A stretch of 64,000 nt of DNA from Acutalibacteraceae bacterium. Its GTDB lineage: Bacteria; Bacillota; Clostridia; Oscillospirales; Acutalibacteraceae. Position numbers and translations under genes: made by a program. Position 1 is the first letter of the stretch, and each line of letters opens with the position of its first letter. Positions 62,797-64,000 of the stretch are shown in pieces. The stretch spans positions 762 to 64,761 of the forward strand of contig JAZQYY010000016.1 of assembly GCA_045633805.1 (NCBI GenBank), read 5' to 3'. Below the pieces are notes generated by a model, which was not told the origin of the DNA, did no database searches, and was given only the letters and a program-made list of their open reading frames with translations.

Positions 62797-63390
62797 ATGA
62801 AAAAGACAATTTCTTTAATTCTCGCACTTGTTATGATTATGGCGGTTGCACCGCTGAACGCTTTTGCAGCAGAGCCTGATAAACTCGTTGATAACATCGA
62901 AATAACTATCGATACACGAATCGCAGGCAAAACACCTTCAGAATGTGCCGATTTCCTCACCGTCAGTGGAGAGGGTATTGAGTTTGATTACAGCACGTTC
63001 AAAGCAACTTACATCGACGGACATTTCAACAGCGGTGTCAAGGAGGCCGAAGTGTTTGAAGAGGGAATCAGTTATTCATCCATTCTTTATGTTTACCCTG
63101 CAGACGGATATATTCTTCCGTATTATACGGAAAACAGCGATATAAAATATACCGTTATCCGTCAAGCAGGTACTTTTGAAGGCTCTTATTCCATAACATC
63201 CGAAGGTCATTATGATGATGAACTGGCAGAGTATTATAAAATACTGATTCACTATCGCGCCGAACCTCAGGTACCCACTGGAGCCGCAAAAATCCCGTAC
63301 TTAATCGGCAAATTCTTCGAATCAATTGCAAATTTCTTCACAAAAACCTTTATTCAGCCTATTGCTGACCTGATTATGAAACTCTCATAA
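62797..63390 (+). CDS. Hypothetical secreted protein, probable paralog of 62130..62684
   Basis: Start MKKTISLILAL after GGAGGT; AFA signal cleavage site; shared VDxxEIT...G.xFD...F.EG..Y motifs. Confidence 0.78.
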   Translation: MKKTISLILALVMIMAVAPLNAFAAEPDKLVDNIEITIDTRIAGKTPSECADFLTVSGEGIEFDYSTFKATYIDGHFNSGVKEAEVFEEGISYSSILYVYPADGYILPYYTENSDIKYTVIRQAGTFEGSYSITSEGHYDDELAEYYKILIHYRAEPQVPTGAAKIPYLIGKFFESIANFFTKTFIQPIADLIMKLS

Positions 63391-63399
63391 ATTTAACTG

Positions 63400-63437
63400 C
63401 AGGCAACGTCTTTTTGGTGTTGCCTGTAATTTTTTTT
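63400..63437 (+). terminator. Rho-independent terminator
   Basis: CAGGCAAC...GTTGCCTG + T tract. Confidence 0.75.
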
Positions 63438-63505
63438 GATTTTCTTTAGACCAAACGGCTGTTTCAATCGTAATAGTAGTGAAAGGACTGAAACGGAGGT
63501 GTGAA

Positions 63506-63790
63506 ATGAATAATGAATTGAAAACAACGAGAGTCAATCTTGACGGCGTGCATTCGCTTGATATTAAGGTAAACGAAAAGGCTAAAACCGTTGTGGCAGA
63601 GTTGATTGTCGGTGATGAATCAACTTTTATTTATGCTGAGAAATTTGATGCACCCTGCAATTATCTTCGGACTGCTATAAAAAAAGGTATCGTTTATCTC
63701 AACGAAGGTCCGCCCGAAACCAAACCTGTCAGCGAAAAGAAAAAAGGCAAAAACTGTATTTGCTTGAATACGGAAAGATATGTGATATAA
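63506..63790 (+). CDS. Hypothetical protein (94 aa)
   Basis: GGAGGT RBS before ATG; no recognised motif. Confidence 0.5.
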   Translation: MNNELKTTRVNLDGVHSLDIKVNEKAKTVVAELIVGDESTFIYAEKFDAPCNYLRTAIKKGIVYLNEGPPETKPVSEKKKGKNCICLNTERYVI

Positions 63791-63828
63791 TGGAAAATAG
63801 GAAATATTGCTGTGACTGAGGTGAGAGG

Positions 63829-64000
63829 ATGAAAGACGAAAACAGAAAAATCGCCCGATTGGTTAAGCAGATACAGCGCGGAAAGCAATCCGCTTTTGAA
63901 GAATTCTATAAGCTGACAAGTCCCAAAGCGTATTTTATTGCGCTTAAAATAACGCAGAATGAACACGATGCAGAGGATATTCTGCAGGAAAGCTACATAA
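63829..64000 (+). CDS. ECF RNA polymerase sigma factor (cassette 3, partial; absent from the ORF track)
   Basis: Manual translation MKDENRKIARLVKQIQRGKQSAFEEFYKLTSPKAYFIALKITQNEHDAEDILQESYI (region 2). Confidence 0.88.
   Translation, partial: MKDENRKIARLVKQIQRGKQSAFEEFYKLTSPKAYFIALKITQNEHDAEDILQESYI

Noticed and set aside
52336-64000. Prophage, DGR, integron or defence system in the accessory region
   Set aside because: No phage structural genes, reverse transcriptase, template repeat, integrase, attC-like repeats or nuclease/ATPase defence genes are visible in the window.

Overview
Chromosomal segment of a low-GC Gram-positive anaerobe, most consistent with a spore-forming clostridial (Oscillospirales-like) gut bacterium; the taxonomy is inferred from gene content and synteny. 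Bases 1-51.6 kb are mostly housekeeping: argF-carB with an ARG box, a three-gene FAD/Fe-S oxidoreductase module, fhs under a ZTP riboswitch, tepA-ftsK-ygiQ, miaB-ylbF-mutS-mutL-miaA, a yggS-sepF-divIVA-lspA-rluD cluster, split transketolase, asd-dapA-dapB, queA-tgt-yajC, iolG, spoIIID, and sdaAB/sdaAA coupled to a secreted SGNH esterase. After tRNA-Ile2(CAT) and tRNA-Trp (51.76-51.92 kb) an accessory, island-like region begins with att-like features. It holds repeated 'ECF sigma - membrane anti-sigma - secreted protein(s)' cassettes (two complete, a third starting at the window end) and an IS3-family end remnant. The most unusual signal is that five signal-peptide proteins from four unrelated families all end in a similar Phe/Ile-rich amphipathic helix with no recognised Gram-positive anchor, a candidate undescribed C-terminal surface-sorting signal. 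All family assignments are from motif recognition; no searches were run.
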